Of a stretch of 64,000 nt of DNA, positions 12,341-25,638 are shown in pieces. This DNA is from Haliotis rubra (lineage: Eukaryota), in the NCBI RefSeq assembly GCF_003918875.1, contig NW_025766967.1, forward strand, positions 434,001 through 498,000, read 5' to 3'. The notes under the pieces are model-generated. The model had not been told where the DNA came from and did not search any database. It saw only the letters and a program-made list of their open reading frames with translations. Position numbers and translations under genes: made by a program. Numbering within the stretch: position 1 is the first letter of the stretch; the number at the start of each line of letters is the position of its first letter.

Positions 12341-14047
12341 CGTACGCTATTAACATAGCCAGAGTGTTGCTATAATACGACCAAAACGTACATTATATTC
12401 TCTGCAATGAACCTTGGCAATCTATTTTTAAATATATAGCTTAACCCAAATGAGTCCATGCTCTTGATTATTCTAATACCGTTTAAATGTTCTGATACAT
12501 GTGTGTTTATTGCAGATGTCATGCTACTTCTTTGAACACAGAGAACTGAACTCTGACTCGGGCAGGGCACGTCACATTCATCAAGGCGACGTCAAAGCTT
12601 CAGCCCACGTGTTCCTTAATCAGGTCACATTTAAGGGTACGTCTTGCAATGGTTATTTTAAGCATTATCTAGTTCTGTACAAATCGTGTTTCACTGGAGC
12701 AAAACACAAGTTTTGATATTGTTTGTTTTCATGTCGGTTAATACACAATTGCATGGAGTCCCTCTCTGTTGAACACATGTTTGTAAACGAAGCACTGAAA
12801 AATCAGTGATGGTACCAGGTGTTCGCATAAAGGGTAGCATCCGCTTGTGAAATATTTGAAATATTTATCCCAAATATTAGAACTCGAAAATAAGGACAAA
12901 TATGTTTATCGTTATTCTAATAATGATTGTCATCATCAATTACAAATAAAATGCGTCGTATGTTTGCAGGAACCCATCTTGTGTGGAGCACAAAGCCCGG
13001 TTATGGAAGTGCCCATGTCACTGGTGCCATAATATTGGAAGACAACTCATTATTTATCCCAAAAGACGGTTTATTTTTCGTATATTCCTCTCTGACGTTT
13101 ATTGTACGTCGTGGTGACATCACAAAGATGCATGTGACATATTCGTTATTACGTCACAATCCATGTTATTCTCCTGTGCCAGACATTTTACTACTAACAA
13201 ACGTTAGTCTTCTTCATGGAGCGGGGCTGTTCACGGCAATAACTTTAGAGGAAAGCTTTTCCTTGAGGCGGTGAGATGTTCTGTCCGTCTTCGTGTTAAA
13301 CTATTCTTATGTTTACCCGTTCGGTTTTCTTCATCAAACTATTTTGATGTTCGCCAGCTTTAGCACAAAACCTTAGAACGAAACTCTGTTCAAATATTTA
13401 CAGTAATTATATATCATGTAAAACAATAAAAATAAAAGAAATGTTAGAATACATCCAGCTGTTGATTTATGTGACAAATAGAAAAAGACTGTTTGTTTTG
13501 GGTGGGTGAGGGTTGGGGTGTGTGGGTGGGAGGGGTGGGGTTTTTGTGGGTGGGAATGGTGGTGGTAGTGTGGTGGTTGTGAAACGGGGTTTAAGGACGT
13601 GTGACACGTGTACTGATGTGCGGATTCAGACAACAAACTTCCATGTGCAAGCTGTTGCTGGTGCTGCCGTTATTGCAGACCATGCTGTCCCCGTTTTGCG
13701 AACACCTGGTGTCACTACACAATTTCAGCGATCCGATCATGTCATTTTCACTGATGTTTTGCCTTTTACCTGCAGTGGAATCTGTTTTAACGTATAATCG
13801 ACGATTCGTATTAAACAGTAATACATGTTACTGTCAGCATCGATATTCCATTAATATAATATTAATAACATACCAATATTTATCACACACAAAATTACAT
13901 TTCAACATTTTACAGTGATTAATCTATAATAACGGATGGAAGGTGTAATACTGTATAGGGCTGTTGCAGCACATTAAGGCCGTAAGACTCGTCTGAAGCT
14001 GCTTCAAAATGTATTTCAGCTTTAGGAAATTACGGTAATAACGAAGT

Positions 14048-14425
14048 CAAGGGGACCCTAAGTCAAGGGAATCAAAGTGGACCACTGCCTCAAGGGGATC
14101 ACTGACTCAAGGGGACCAGTAACCCAAGGGGACCACTGACTTATGGGAACCAGTAACTCAAGGGGACCACTGCCTCAAGGGGATCACTGACTCAAGGGGA
14201 CCAATAACTCAAGGAGACCACTGACTCAAGGGGACCAATAACTCAAGGGGACCACTAACTCATTGGGACCATTAACACAAGGGGACCACTAATCCAAGGG
14301 GACCACAAACTCAATGGGACCACTAACCCAAGGGGACCACTAACACAAGGGAACCAATAACTCAAGGGGACCACTGACTCAAGGGGACCAATAACTCAAG
14401 GGGACCACTAACTCAAAGGGAGCAC
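14048..14425. repeat. 17-bp minisatellite (AGGGGACCACTGACTCA)n, ~22 units
   Basis: Direct reading of repeated units. Confidence 0.92.
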
Positions 14426-14600
14426 TATCTGTAAATTGCTTGTCGCTGTTATTATAACTTTAATTCAAAGTCGTGAGAACAGTACATGTTTTTGCCCTCA
14501 ATAATGTTTATTTAATTAAAATATATTATATGTGTGAGGATATTTTACAAAAACACAAGAACGCGATAGGTCCTGGCCGACGTGGTGCTGTAGGTAGAGT

Positions 14601-14752
14601 GAGTGAGTGAGTTGGTTTTTACGCCGCAGTTAGCAAAATCCCTGCGAGAGACACCAGAAATGGTCTTCATACATTGTACCCATGTGGTGAATCGAACCCG
14701 GGCCTTCTGCGTGGCGAGTGAACGTTTTAACCACTAGGCTATCCCCGCCCCG
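14601..14752 (-). mobile_element. SINE family A (internally deleted)
   Basis: gagtgagtgagtt..tacgccgc..gaatcgaacccggg..ccactaggcta. Confidence 0.8.
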
Positions 14753-14889
14753 CAGTAGCACTAAGTGGACAGTGGTGTTACGTTGAGTCAATGTCACCTC
14801 CGCTCACCTCTCACAAAAGGTTTTCTGATTATCGATTCTTCCTGAATTATGCAGTACCAGAACAAGAACTATTTTCCATTCACACCTGA

Positions 14890-15048
14890 CTGACTGACTG
14901 AGTTTGGTTTTACGCCGCTTTTAGCAATATTCCAGCATCATCACGGCGGGGGACACCGGAAATGGGCTTCACACAATGTACCCATGTGGGGATTCGGGTC
15001 TTCGGCGTGACGAGCCAACGCTTTAACCACTAGGCTACCCCACCGCTC
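14890..15048 (-). mobile_element. SINE family A with 14-bp TSD
   Basis: ccattcacacctga at 14876-14889 and 15049-15062. Confidence 0.9.
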
Positions 15049-16754
15049 CCATTCACACCTGATACTGAAATTGAATGAACAAACATTTCTGACTAAATAC
15101 GGCATTATGAATTAGAAAATCAACGTTAATGATCACTTAAAAAAGAAAACATCATTCTTACATTTGTATCCTTTGATCTATTTCAACAATGAGTAAACCA
15201 AGTAATGTAAGATGAGGAGAATAATGTAAGATGAGGAGAATAATGTAAGATGAAAAAGTATTGATAACATTGATAACACAAGACAAAAAAGGAAATTCCG
15301 GTGCATGTTGTTCTTTAAGATATGACGAATACTGCATCTTCGCTATATATTCATGATCCTTTTTGTTGCTGCCTCAAACAGTTGGTTCACCCGTGCGTGT
15401 ACGACATAAATCATGTACTATTTATTCAGCTGTTGCAGGATAGTAACACTGCAGAGGTAACATATGGCAAAACTCTATTTAAGGCAGTACACGTAAATAA
15501 GCGACATTATTTAGCAACTGAAATACACATATGGCCTCGTAAGTGATGGGATATGGACAGGATACCATAGAACAAAGTATGTCACTGCATAAACACAAAT
15601 GTAAAATACAATATATGTTATTCAACTGCCACTTTTGTCTATGTTAGTACACGTGAGTATGTATAAATGAATGTTAAACACAGTTACATGTAAACAATAT
15701 TCAACTTTGTCACACTTATAACATATGTTATATTTGGGATTACACTTTCTTAGTAAACCATAACATATGTGTACATTTGACCACTTTCTAAATGGCATTG
15801 TGTATTCATTTGTCACACTTGTATGGGGTAATAAGGTTGGTAAACCAACAATTATTAACATTACTTAAGGCACTGGTCAATTTTCGGGGTGGACGGAATA
15901 AATATACGTTCAAGTATCGAATACAATGCTTCTTTGTAGAACGTTTGACCCTATGGTATTACATGGATATAACACATTGGCCACCAATAAAATCATCAAT
16001 CACAAACATATTCAAGTCGAGAGTATTCAGCGCCCTCTTTATCCGGTATAATCAAGGCAGATCACTCCTGTTCAGGATCTGGTAGAGAAATGTCTATATG
16101 ATACGTCTTACTCAGAGGCACCACAAACAAGACACCCAGGAGCCACATCTCCTCCGAAAAGATCACACATTACAAATTAAGAACACAACATTAACAATGA
16201 AAACAGAATCAACCATGAAAGCTGACAGAACAATGTACACCAAAAGGTGATCGTTCTATTCTAATAAGAAGATTATAAAAAAAATCCACAAACTTGATAC
16301 AAGTTTCTTCCATGTGTCTACCATGCACGGTCGTCAGCACAACATCGGTGTAATTAAACCAATTACAGATTATGAGTCGTCGGTACACATAAATAAATAC
16401 ATTGAAGTAGCTGCTGACTGTTTCAATGGGAATACTAAGACACGAAATAGTCAAATCTGAAGGACTTTCATTACGAATTATAGAACTGGGCTGAAGCAGT
16501 TACAAGGAGACTTTGAAGTCAAAGGAGCTAATTTTAATTATACAAATTTTGATTTCATTGGTTAAATTTCTGTAAACTTTATATTCACCGCACATTATAG
16601 CAGTTTTATACAACAATGGCATTTTGGAGGTTTGAATCTTCAGATCAACCTTACCAGTAGTGGTTTTGTACACCAGATCGAAGTGCTTGGGCGATCTTCC
16701 TACCAAATAGACGCCAAAGAAATTAGAAGGAGGAAATGGGTAAGAATACGCTCT

Positions 16755-18339
16755 TTATGTCCCTACGAAATACAAGCCAAAGAAATTGGATGGTGGAAAC
16801 CGGTAGATATACGACATGTTGCTGACGTGTACAAACACGTGATCATCTTGTCTCAGCCTGACTGTAGCCGACAGGAAGCTTGTGACGAATCTTTCACTCA
16901 CTTCCGGCATCGTCTTCTTGGCCAAAAGGATTACAGTGCTGCCAAGGTTTGGCAGGTGTGTGTTGGTCCTTCTGATGGTGTGGATGATGTTTTCAGGACG
17001 TCGCCGTCGTTGGTGGGTCTTGAACGTGAAGAAGGAGTAGATGCAGTATAGGCCTGACTTTGTTACCCGCAGTGTGTTGTTGTCAGAGTAGATGTCGTTG
17101 CTTCTGTAGGCGGAACCGTAACCATATTCCTCGGTCCATTCCAAAGAAGGTTCTGGATGGAATTAAAATTGGTTAACGTCCCGTTAACTAAACTTCACAC
17201 ATGTGTGACGTCAATGCATTTGGTGTTCTTAGTGTACTATCAGTACAGGGAAGGAACCAAAAATGCCAATTGAATTTAATGTTCAAAGTCTAATACAAAA
17301 CTAAATTTACTTCTATGTTAGCTAACATATGTACAACATACCCTGGTTATAATGCCATCGTTTGTCCAGGAGGAAATATGGCATTATATCCAGGGTGACA
17401 ATATAACCAGGTAGGACCTCAGCAGGATGGTTGGTGGTACGACATTACCACCTGCATCATTGTGTCCTGCAATGATCCTTAACGGACTGGATAATCCCAG
17501 CGTCTTGGGGCTGCAGGTGACTTCTTGTTGTAGGTGTTCACCAGTGCCACTAATTAGAACAGTCCAACATCCACTGTCCAGCGACCTCCTAATCCCTTAT
17601 CCAAACATTCAGATATGGGGGAAAGAGAGGTTAAACCGGCAGGAAGTGTATAGTCACATGTGTTGAATACTTAAATCTTTAATGAGTTTGTTCAATGAAT
17701 CTGGGTCATATCAATTAACCAATTAAGTTATGTATACTACACGCAGACAGTGTAATTGGCATAATAACCAGGGAAAATTTCTTTTGTTCCAAAAACAATT
17801 GGCATTGTATCCAGGGTGGCATTATAACCAGGGTGCACTGTAGTGGCTTGAATACTGGACACCATGATCGTCACCACTTCTCGCCAACTAAACGTGCATA
17901 CTCATATTTATCACGATGAGGTTCGGTGTTACAGAGAAATGGCCGTGTTTCACTACAAGAAACGTTTATTCTGATCTCGGTTTCCAGGAATTTACCGTTT
18001 CATACAGTGCCTTCTTGAACGAATATTCGTGCGGGTTCAAGGCCCAAACCAGATCAAACTCCCGACTGGTAATATTACGTGTGTTCTTATGTATCTACGC
18101 GAGGCAATATATTACAAAAATACGTCATCCCTGTCATACACAAATAATACAGATCAACGCATCCTGAAATTATTACCCCACGTTATTACTCTGAACTCTG
18201 TATACGTACTTGCTGCAGTCAATGCGTCACTTTCAAGATACACATGGGCTCCAGTGTAAATACTTTGAATGACTGTGGAGTCATTGTTGTTGGTGTCTTG
18301 GTTCCTGGTCCTGGTTGTATCAAAGAATCGGTCAGCGAA
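16755..18339 (-). CDS. Duplicate exons 2 and 3 of TNF-2 (18339-18210, 17152-16755); no dedicated exon 1
   Basis: Open frames and intact splice sites; complete TNF homology domain; three amino-acid differences from the copy at 21411-19852. Confidence 0.75.
17334..17840. mobile_element. TA-flanked MITE (Tc1/mariner/pogo type) in TNF intron; second copy 20431-20909
   Basis: Imperfect TIR CAGTGCACCCTGGTTATAATGCCA, TA at both ends. Confidence 0.75.
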
Positions 18340-18632
18340 CTGAAATGTTATAAAAAAAAGAACGTTCGTACCAATTTGATCTGTTTCCTGTTGTTGGTGC
18401 TTTGGTTCCTGTTGTCATGGAAATAGTCTGTTGAATTATTATTTTATTTGACTTGTGTGGAAAGATCACATTCATATTCGAACTGTAATATTGACTCTTC
18501 TAAATACAGGTCATCTGCTGATCATCATAAACTGAAATAAAATACCTCATAAATTTACTGAAAGCTGTTTCAGACATCCTAAAGCAAAACAAAGTACTCA
18601 AAGGTTGTTTTTTTCAGGCATCAGCATAAGTA

Positions 18633-18780
18633 GGTGGGTATGTTTTACATATTTAGCAATATTCCAGCAATATGACGGCGGGCAACACCAGAAACGGGCT
18701 TCACGCATTGTGGTTAATCGAATGCGGGTCTACGGCGTGACGAGCCAACGCTGTAACCCTTAGCCTACCCCACCATCCAG
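18633..18780 (-). mobile_element. SINE family A, diverged; duplicated at 21706-21854
   Basis: TSD tcagcataagta on both sides. Confidence 0.8.
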
Positions 18781-19851
18781 TCAGCATAAGTAAAGTTCGT
18801 GGCACTCCTGAATTGACCAGACTGGAATAATCGAACAGTTATCTATTAGTCATGCTAGCCAACTTCGATGTTACAAAATCCAATAGCAGGCTACCTATGT
18901 TTTCCAGCCCTCCTACATTCTACTTACAGATCTCCTAAGACCTACTCCCCTTATGAAATCAAATCACCAATAAAACCAGTTGGGTTTAAAACATTATTAA
19001 CATTACTTAAGGCACTGGTCAATTTTCGGGGTGGACGGAATAAATATACGTTCAAGTATCGAATACAATGCTTCTTTGTAGAACGTTTGACCCTATGGTA
19101 TTACATGGATATAACACATTGGCCACCAATAAAAATCATCAATCACAAACATATTCAAGTCGAGAGTATTCAGCGCCCTCTTTATCCGGTATAATCAAGG
19201 CAGATCACTCCTGTTCAGGATCTGGTAGAGAAATGTCTATATGATACGTCTTACTCAGAGGCACCACAAACAAGACACCCAGGAGCCACATCTCCTCCGA
19301 AAAGATCACACATTACAAATTAAGAACACAACATTAACAATGAAAACAGAATCAACCATGAAAGCGAAGATTATAAAAATCCACAAACTTGATACAAGTT
19401 TCTTCCATGTGTCTACCATGCACGGTCGTCAGCACAACATCGGTGTAATTAAACCAATTACAGATTATGAGTCGTCGGTACACATAAATAAATACATTGA
19501 AGTAGCTGCTGACTGTTTCAATGGGGAATACTAAGACACGAAATAGTCAAATCTGAAGGACTTTCATTACGAATTATAGAACTGGGCTGAAGCAGTTACA
19601 AGGAGACTTTGAAGTCAAAGGAGCTAATTTTAATTATACAAATTTTGATTTCATTGGTTAAATTTCTGTAAACTTTATATTCACCGCACATTATAGCAGT
19701 TTTATACAACAATGGCATTTTGGAGGTTTGAATCTTCAGATCAACCTTACCAGTAGTGGTTTTGTACACCAGATCGAAGTGCTTTGGGCGATCTTCCTAC
19801 CAAATAGACGCCAAAGAAATTAGAAGGAGGAAATGGGTAAGAATACGCTCT

Positions 19852-22800
19852 TTATGTCCCTACGAAATACAAGCCAAAGAAATTGGATGGTGGAAACCGG
19901 TAGATATACGACATGTTGCTGACGTGTACAAACACGTGATCATCTTGTCTCAGCCTGACTGTAGCCGACAGGAAGCTTGTGACGAATCTTTCACTCACTT
20001 CCGGCATCGTCTTCTTGGCCAAAAGGATTACAGTGCTGCCAAGGTTTGGCAGGTGTGTGTTGGTCCTTCTGATGGTGTGGATGATGTTTTCAGGACGTCG
20101 CCGTCGTTGGTGGGTCTTGAACGTGAAGAAGGAGTAGATGCAGTATAGGCCTGACTTTGTTACCCGCAGTGTGTTGTTGTCAGAGTAGATGTCGCTGCTT
20201 CTGTAGGCGGAACCGTAACCATATTCCTCGGTCCATTCCAAAGAAGGTTCTGGGTGAAATTAAAATTTGTTAACGTCCCGTTAACTAAACTTCACACATG
20301 TGTGACGTCAATGCAGTTGGTGTTCTTAGTGTACTATCAGTACAGGGAAGGAACCAAACATGCCAATTGAATTTGATGTTCAAAGTCTAATACAAAACTA
20401 AATTTACTTCTATGTTAGCTAACATATGTACAGCATACCCTGGTTATAATGCCATCGTTTGTCCAGGAGGAAATATGGCATTATATCCAGGGTGACAATA
20501 TAACCAAATAGGACCTCAACAGGGTGGTTGGTGTTACGGCATTTCCACCTGCATCATTGTGTCCTGCAATGATCCTTAACGGACTGGATAATCCCAGCGT
20601 CTTGGGGCTGCAGGTGACTTCTTGTTGTAGGTGTTCACTAGTGCCACAAATTATAACATAACAGACCATAGTCCAACATCCACAGTCCAGTGACCTCCTA
20701 ATCCCTTATCCAAACATTCAGATGTCGGGGAAAGTGAGGTTAAACCGGCAGGAAGTGTATAGTCACATGTGTTGAATACTTAAATCTTTAATGAGTTTGC
20801 TCAATCAATCTGGGTCATATCAATTAACCAATTAAGGTATGTTCCAAAAACAATTGGCATTGTATCCAGGGTGGCATTATAACCAGGGCATTATAACCAG
20901 GGTGCACTGTAGTGGCTTGAATAATGGACACCATGATCGTCACCACTTCTCGTCAAACTAAACGTGCATACTCATATTTATCACGATAAGGTTCGGTGTT
21001 ACAGAGAAATGGCTGTGTTTCACTACAAGAAACGTTTATTGTGACCTCGGTTTCCAGGAATATACCGTTTCATACAGTCCGTTCTTGAACGAATATTCGT
21101 GCTGCGGGTTCAAACCCCAAACCAGATCAAATTCCCGACTGGTAAAATTACGTGTGTTCTTATGTATCTACGCGAGGCAATACATACAAAACTAAGTCAT
21201 CCCAGGCATACAAACATAATGCAGATCAACGCATCCTGAAATTATTACCCCACGTTATTACTCTGAACTCTGTATACGTACTTGCTGCAGTCAATGCGGC
21301 ACTTTCAAGATACACATGGGCTCCAGTGTAAATACTTTGTACGACTGTGGAGTCATTGTTGTTGGTGTCTTGGTTCCTGGTCCGGGTTGTATCAAAGAAT
21401 CGGTCAGCGAACTGAAATGTTATAAGAAAAAGAACGTTCGTATCAATTTGATCTGTTTCCTGTTGTTGGTGCCTTGGTTCCTGTTGTCATGGAAATAGTT
21501 AGTTGAATTATAATTTTATTTGACTTGTGTGGAAAGATCACATTCATATTCGAACTGTAATATTGACTCTTCTAAATACAGGTCATCTGCTGATCATCAT
21601 AAACTGAAATAAAATACCTCATAAATTTACTGAAAGCTGTTTCAGACATCCTAAAGCAAAACAAAGTACTCAAAGGTTTATTTTTTTCAGGCATCAGCAT
21701 AAGTAGGTGGGTATGTTTTTACATATTTAGCAATATTCCAGCAATATGACGGCGGGCAACACCAGAAACGGGCTTCACGCATTGTGGTTAATCGAATGCG
21801 GGTCTACGGCGTGACGAGCCAACGCTGTAACCCTTAGCCTACCCCACCATCCAGTCAGCATAAGTAAAGTTCGTGGCACTCCTGAATTGACCAGACTGGA
21901 ATAATCGAACAGTTATCTATTAGTCATGCTAGCCAACTTCGATGTTACAAAAATCCAATAGCAGGCTACCTATGTTTTCCAGCCCTCCTACATTCCTACT
22001 TACAGATCTCCTAAGACCTACTCCCCTTATGAAATCAAATCACCAATAAAACCAGTTGGGTTTAAAACATTATTACTACTCATTGTTATGTTGATTTATG
22101 CTGCTCTGTCAATGTGGAAAACACGTAATTATGAAAAACATAATTGTCATAATTAGTCATAAGACTGCAGTCACGCCTCCGCGTGACTCAACTCGTGACA
22201 GTCTCCCATTGTTAACCTGTCCCATAAACCAGATGCTATGTAATCGTACATCCGAGTTAAATACACTTTAAACAGACTTACGATTCGCTTGGGATATCAC
22301 CTATAAATAATATATACAGCTCAGCATGACATCTAAGTGCTACACCACTATGTGTTTACTGTCTGCTCGGCCCTAATTTAAGAACCAACGAATCCATTGT
22401 CAGTGAAACATTAAAACACACAAGTCTCGAAACCAGATCGTAAATCATGTTATCTGCAAGTCTGTACTGGTAATCTTGTAGGGTAACAGGTTGGGACTAT
22501 CCCACAACCATGGTACATCCTAGTATCGCCGAATTATGGTCTTTATAGACAGAATCATTATTACCAATATTGCTCATATCGGCACCAATAATATCACCTA
22601 AATCGTTATCATGATATAAACCTATGTTTTCTAACACATTTATTAAGCATGAAGCAATTAAGACTCAAAAGAGAGTAAAAATAAACTCACAATCGCCAAT
22701 AGCCGCTGAAGCCCTTCAGCATTTTCCAGACAGCAGACGGAAGTTGAATCAGTCACGTGATGCACGGTTATACCGTGCAAGTCGGTCCTCCTGTGATTGC

Positions 22801-23155
22801 CCGGATGAACACCGACAGAAAAGCAGTCCATGCATATTGTGCCCTTGTCTACTGCAGACACAAGAGCGTCAGTAGACAGACTGCCACTGTCAGTGTCGTG
22901 GATATCAACGTGTTTCCATAGGTAAAACGTCAACACAATGTTCAGTAACAACGATAACAAAACTGCAGATAACACGATGCATTGCTTGATCGTGCAGGAC
23001 GTCCTCGGGTGGGGTGACGACTGTGTGGGATGAAGGCCGTCCACCTTTGTGTAACTGTAGACAGACCTTCTAGGTGTTGTCGGGAGATCAAAGGTCACTG
23101 TAGACACTTTGAATTTCCCGTTGGGCTGTCCCAGCAACAAGGACAGGGCACCCAT
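19852..23155 (-). CDS. TNF-superfamily ligand TNF-2, 330 aa; exons 23155-22691, 21411-21282, 20249-19852
   Basis: Type II TM helix IVLSAVLLSLLLNIVLTFYLW, GAHVYL, LEW, LRVTKSGLYCIYS, TSFLSATVRLRQDDHVFV, SNFFGLY. GT/AG sites, phases 0 and 1, 993 nt in total. Confidence 0.93.
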
Positions 23156-23226
23156 AGTTCTCAGCCGAAGTCCCGTCCGTTGTGGTAACACGTAAACAAA
23201 CTAACTCTGTCGCTGAGCGTCATAGT

Positions 23227-23236
23227 CTATAAATAG
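23227..23236 (-). promoter_or_regulatory. CTATAAATAG TATA/MEF2-like box upstream of TNF-2
   Basis: About 70 bp upstream of the ATG; the identical 10-mer lies upstream of TNF-3. Confidence 0.45.
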
Positions 23237-23926
23237 ATGGCGGGCCTATCTTTCATGTGTTGTTACGTTTTGCACTAAAATAGACTCTTCCTGCTTGTAT
23301 AATCTATCAATAAAGGTCAACGCCTTTACATTTCTTTGAGAGGCATTTTACAAGAAGTGAGCTGAAGGAAAACCAAGTTCTTTACATTAGCATTGCTGTT
23401 TTTAGAAACATTCACACACTGTTGTGCAGTCACAAGCCGAATCGATTTCTAGACGCCTTTATATTGTTGTCAATGGCTGACGGGTCACGATGGCCTGATG
23501 AAACGAGCTTGTGAGATCGGATCAGGATACTCCAGTCCAGGCGGTTAGCCCAATCTTGAGTGCTGATCTAAATAGATCCTTAAGCATAAATCATCCAGAT
23601 AAGACGTTTTCCTGTTGATATCATTTCGAAACGATTAATCAGCAAAGCTTCACACAATGGCGACTAGGTAAAGACCTGGATTTAGTGTGCATGGTTATGT
23701 ACGCTGCCTAAACGTGTTAGTAATCAGCAGATTTAAAGAGGAATATTTCGGCCAACAACGTTAGATAACATCTCACTCCTACATATAGAAACGAGACAAT
23801 AGTTTATATACAGATAAAATTTGCACTTAAAGAGACCTTTGTTGCTTCCATGAGTTGATATAAAATGTTCAGCTTATGTCCGTCTATCTATCCAGCCATC
23901 TAATATAAACTGTCGTCTGATCAAGG

Positions 23927-24243
23927 TGAGGCGATGTGAAATTGGGTTTAACGTCGTGCTTGAGAATATTTCGCTCATATGACGACGTGCATGCGTGTGT
24001 ATGTGTATGTGCGGCTGCTTGTACTAGCCCAGACTTAAGCTGGTTTCATAGTGCTAGCCCACTGAGATACCATGCCGCAGTGAAGCATGAATACCCCGCT
24101 CAGACACATTATACTGACGCAGAGCCGACCAGTCCTTGATGTGCCCATTAATGCCGAGCGCCAGGCAGGGACCAACAAGTACCATATTTTAACGTCTTTT
24201 GGTATGACGCGGTCGGGGTTCGAACCCGCGACCTTCCGCTCTC
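23927..24243 (-). mobile_element. tRNA-derived SINE family C (Meta-domain-like), 13-bp TSD
   Basis: cgtctgatcaagg at 23914-23926 and 24244-24256; box B GGTTCGAACCC; central gtcataccaaaagacg..aaaatatggtac..ccctgcctggcgctcggcat; (CACCT)n tail. Confidence 0.88.
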
Positions 24244-24599
24244 CGTCTGATCAAGGAGGAACGACTGTTTGATGTTGCCGGGTACCCCTAGCTGGTAGAT
24301 ATAATGTTGAAACCAGTTTTAAAACAAACGACGATTTATGCCAATTGCTTGAATTGTCTCCATGTTTTCTGTGAAGAATTTGTTCAGGTTTTACCCTCTG
24401 GACGTCGGTATATCTTACGCCACTGTTTGTGTATTCTTCGCAACGCCGCTTCACCTCTGTTGCGGGGTATATATGTCTTAGTTGAACACCCTGCAGCGAT
24501 GTCATGAAAAGTATCAAATTGTCACTGAAAAGAGAGGTTAAAACGTTTAATACGAAAACTCTTTCTCTTTTACTGCTTGTGTCCTTCCCTTTGTACAAT

Positions 24600-24851
24600 T
24601 GACCCGTGAAGATCCGGGGTAGAACAGGTCTTCATCAACCCATGCTTGCCACAAAAGGCGACTATGCTTAATGTCGTAAGAGGCCATTTACGGGATCAGG
24701 TGGTCAGGCTCGCTGACTTGGTTGACACGTCATCGGTTCCCACTTGCGCAGATCGGTGCTCATGCTGTTGATCACTGGATTGTCTGGTCAGGACTCGATT
24801 ATATAGCTGTAATATTGCTGAATGCGGCGTAAAACTAAGCTCACTCACTCA
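24600..24851 (+). mobile_element. SINE family B
   Basis: gacccgtgaagatccggg.. to (ACTC)n tail; ccctttgta on both flanks. Confidence 0.85.
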
Positions 24852-25400
24852 CCCTTTGTATAATTATGCGACTCGTTTACATTCAATATATATTGAACAT
24901 CTGGTGATCTGTTTAGATGTACATCTACACCAGCTACAACTATTACATACATCAATCACTGTACATACACGTATATATAACACGTGTTAGTGCATCACAT
25001 GTAGAAACATGCACTTCGGTATTCAGAGAGTTAGCTCCCTTTAACAGGCTGTTGAGTCTCAGCAACCACTTGATCGTTAATTTGATGTTTGCCGGTCTGA
25101 CTCACACATGACAGTCAGATGATGTCACGTTGTTGGATGGGAAAACCGGAGTCAAAAGTCAAACACGCTCACACTGGGTACATCGGCGTAAAAAGTGTAA
25201 AAGGGTTATTTGTGATGCATACACACAATCTAACACTGTGAAATCACATGAGTGCAGGTTGCATGTAAATACTCTGTCTTGTATTATCCCAAGCTCCGGC
25301 TTGCCTTTCTCGGGATTGAGGTCTGGGTCAGGAACGCTATCTCTAACACATTTATCTATGTCTCACTCGAGCCCAAGAGAGATGTCGTTTGTTATGTCAA

Positions 25401-25638
25401 GGCGAGGTGAGGTGAAATTGGGTTTAACCTCGTGCTTGAGAATATTTCGCCCATATGACGACGTGCATGCGTGTGTATGTGTATGTGCGGCTGCTTGTAC
25501 CAGCCCAGACTTAAGCTGGTTTTATAGTGCTAGCCCACTGAGATACCACGCCGCAGTGAAGCATGAATACCCCACTCAGACACATTATACTGACTCCAAG
25601 CCGACCAGTCATTGTTGTACGCATTTATGCCGAGCGCT
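25401..25638 (-). mobile_element. SINE family C, 5'-truncated
   Basis: Matches 23927-24160. Confidence 0.85.

Larger units (their letters stand above)
10971..13363 (+). pseudogene. TNF-superfamily ligand pseudogene TNF-1; exons 10971/11019-11339, 12516-12636, 12970-13363
   Basis: TM helix plus CIPC..CC exon, SAHVFL (strand A), LVW..GYGSA..IPKDGLFFVYS (THD). Lesions: TAA at 11334-11336, TGA at 13272-13274 (where TNF-4 has LRKGD), and a frameshift near 13322 after which SSSNYFDVRQL* resumes. Confidence 0.88.
15851..22075. repeat. Direct tandem duplication, ~3.1 kb x2 (15851-18992 and 18993-22068)
   Basis: Near-identical copies; 7-bp microhomology ATTATTA at 15851, 18993 and 22069. Confidence 0.93.

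Noticed and set aside
13272-13274. TGA readthrough or selenocysteine in TNF-1
   Set aside because: It aligns to Gly, not Cys, in TNF-4, and two other disabling lesions are present.
14048-14425. Regular short repeats resembling a CRISPR array (also 43398-44925 and 57800-58432)
   Set aside because: Head-to-tail units without unique spacers, no cas genes, eukaryotic context: these are minisatellites.
16385-16400. AU-rich element (AUUUAUUUA) in the TNF-2 3' UTR
   Set aside because: Only two overlapping pentamers; expected by chance at this AT content.
16632-17051. Plus-strand ORFs overlapping TNF exons (also 19756-20148, 36690-37079, 45626-45925)
   Set aside because: Antisense shadows of real coding exons with no independent support.
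24251-24598. 115-aa minus-strand ORF between two SINEs
   Set aside because: No recognisable motif or partner exons; the stop falls in a SINE TSD.
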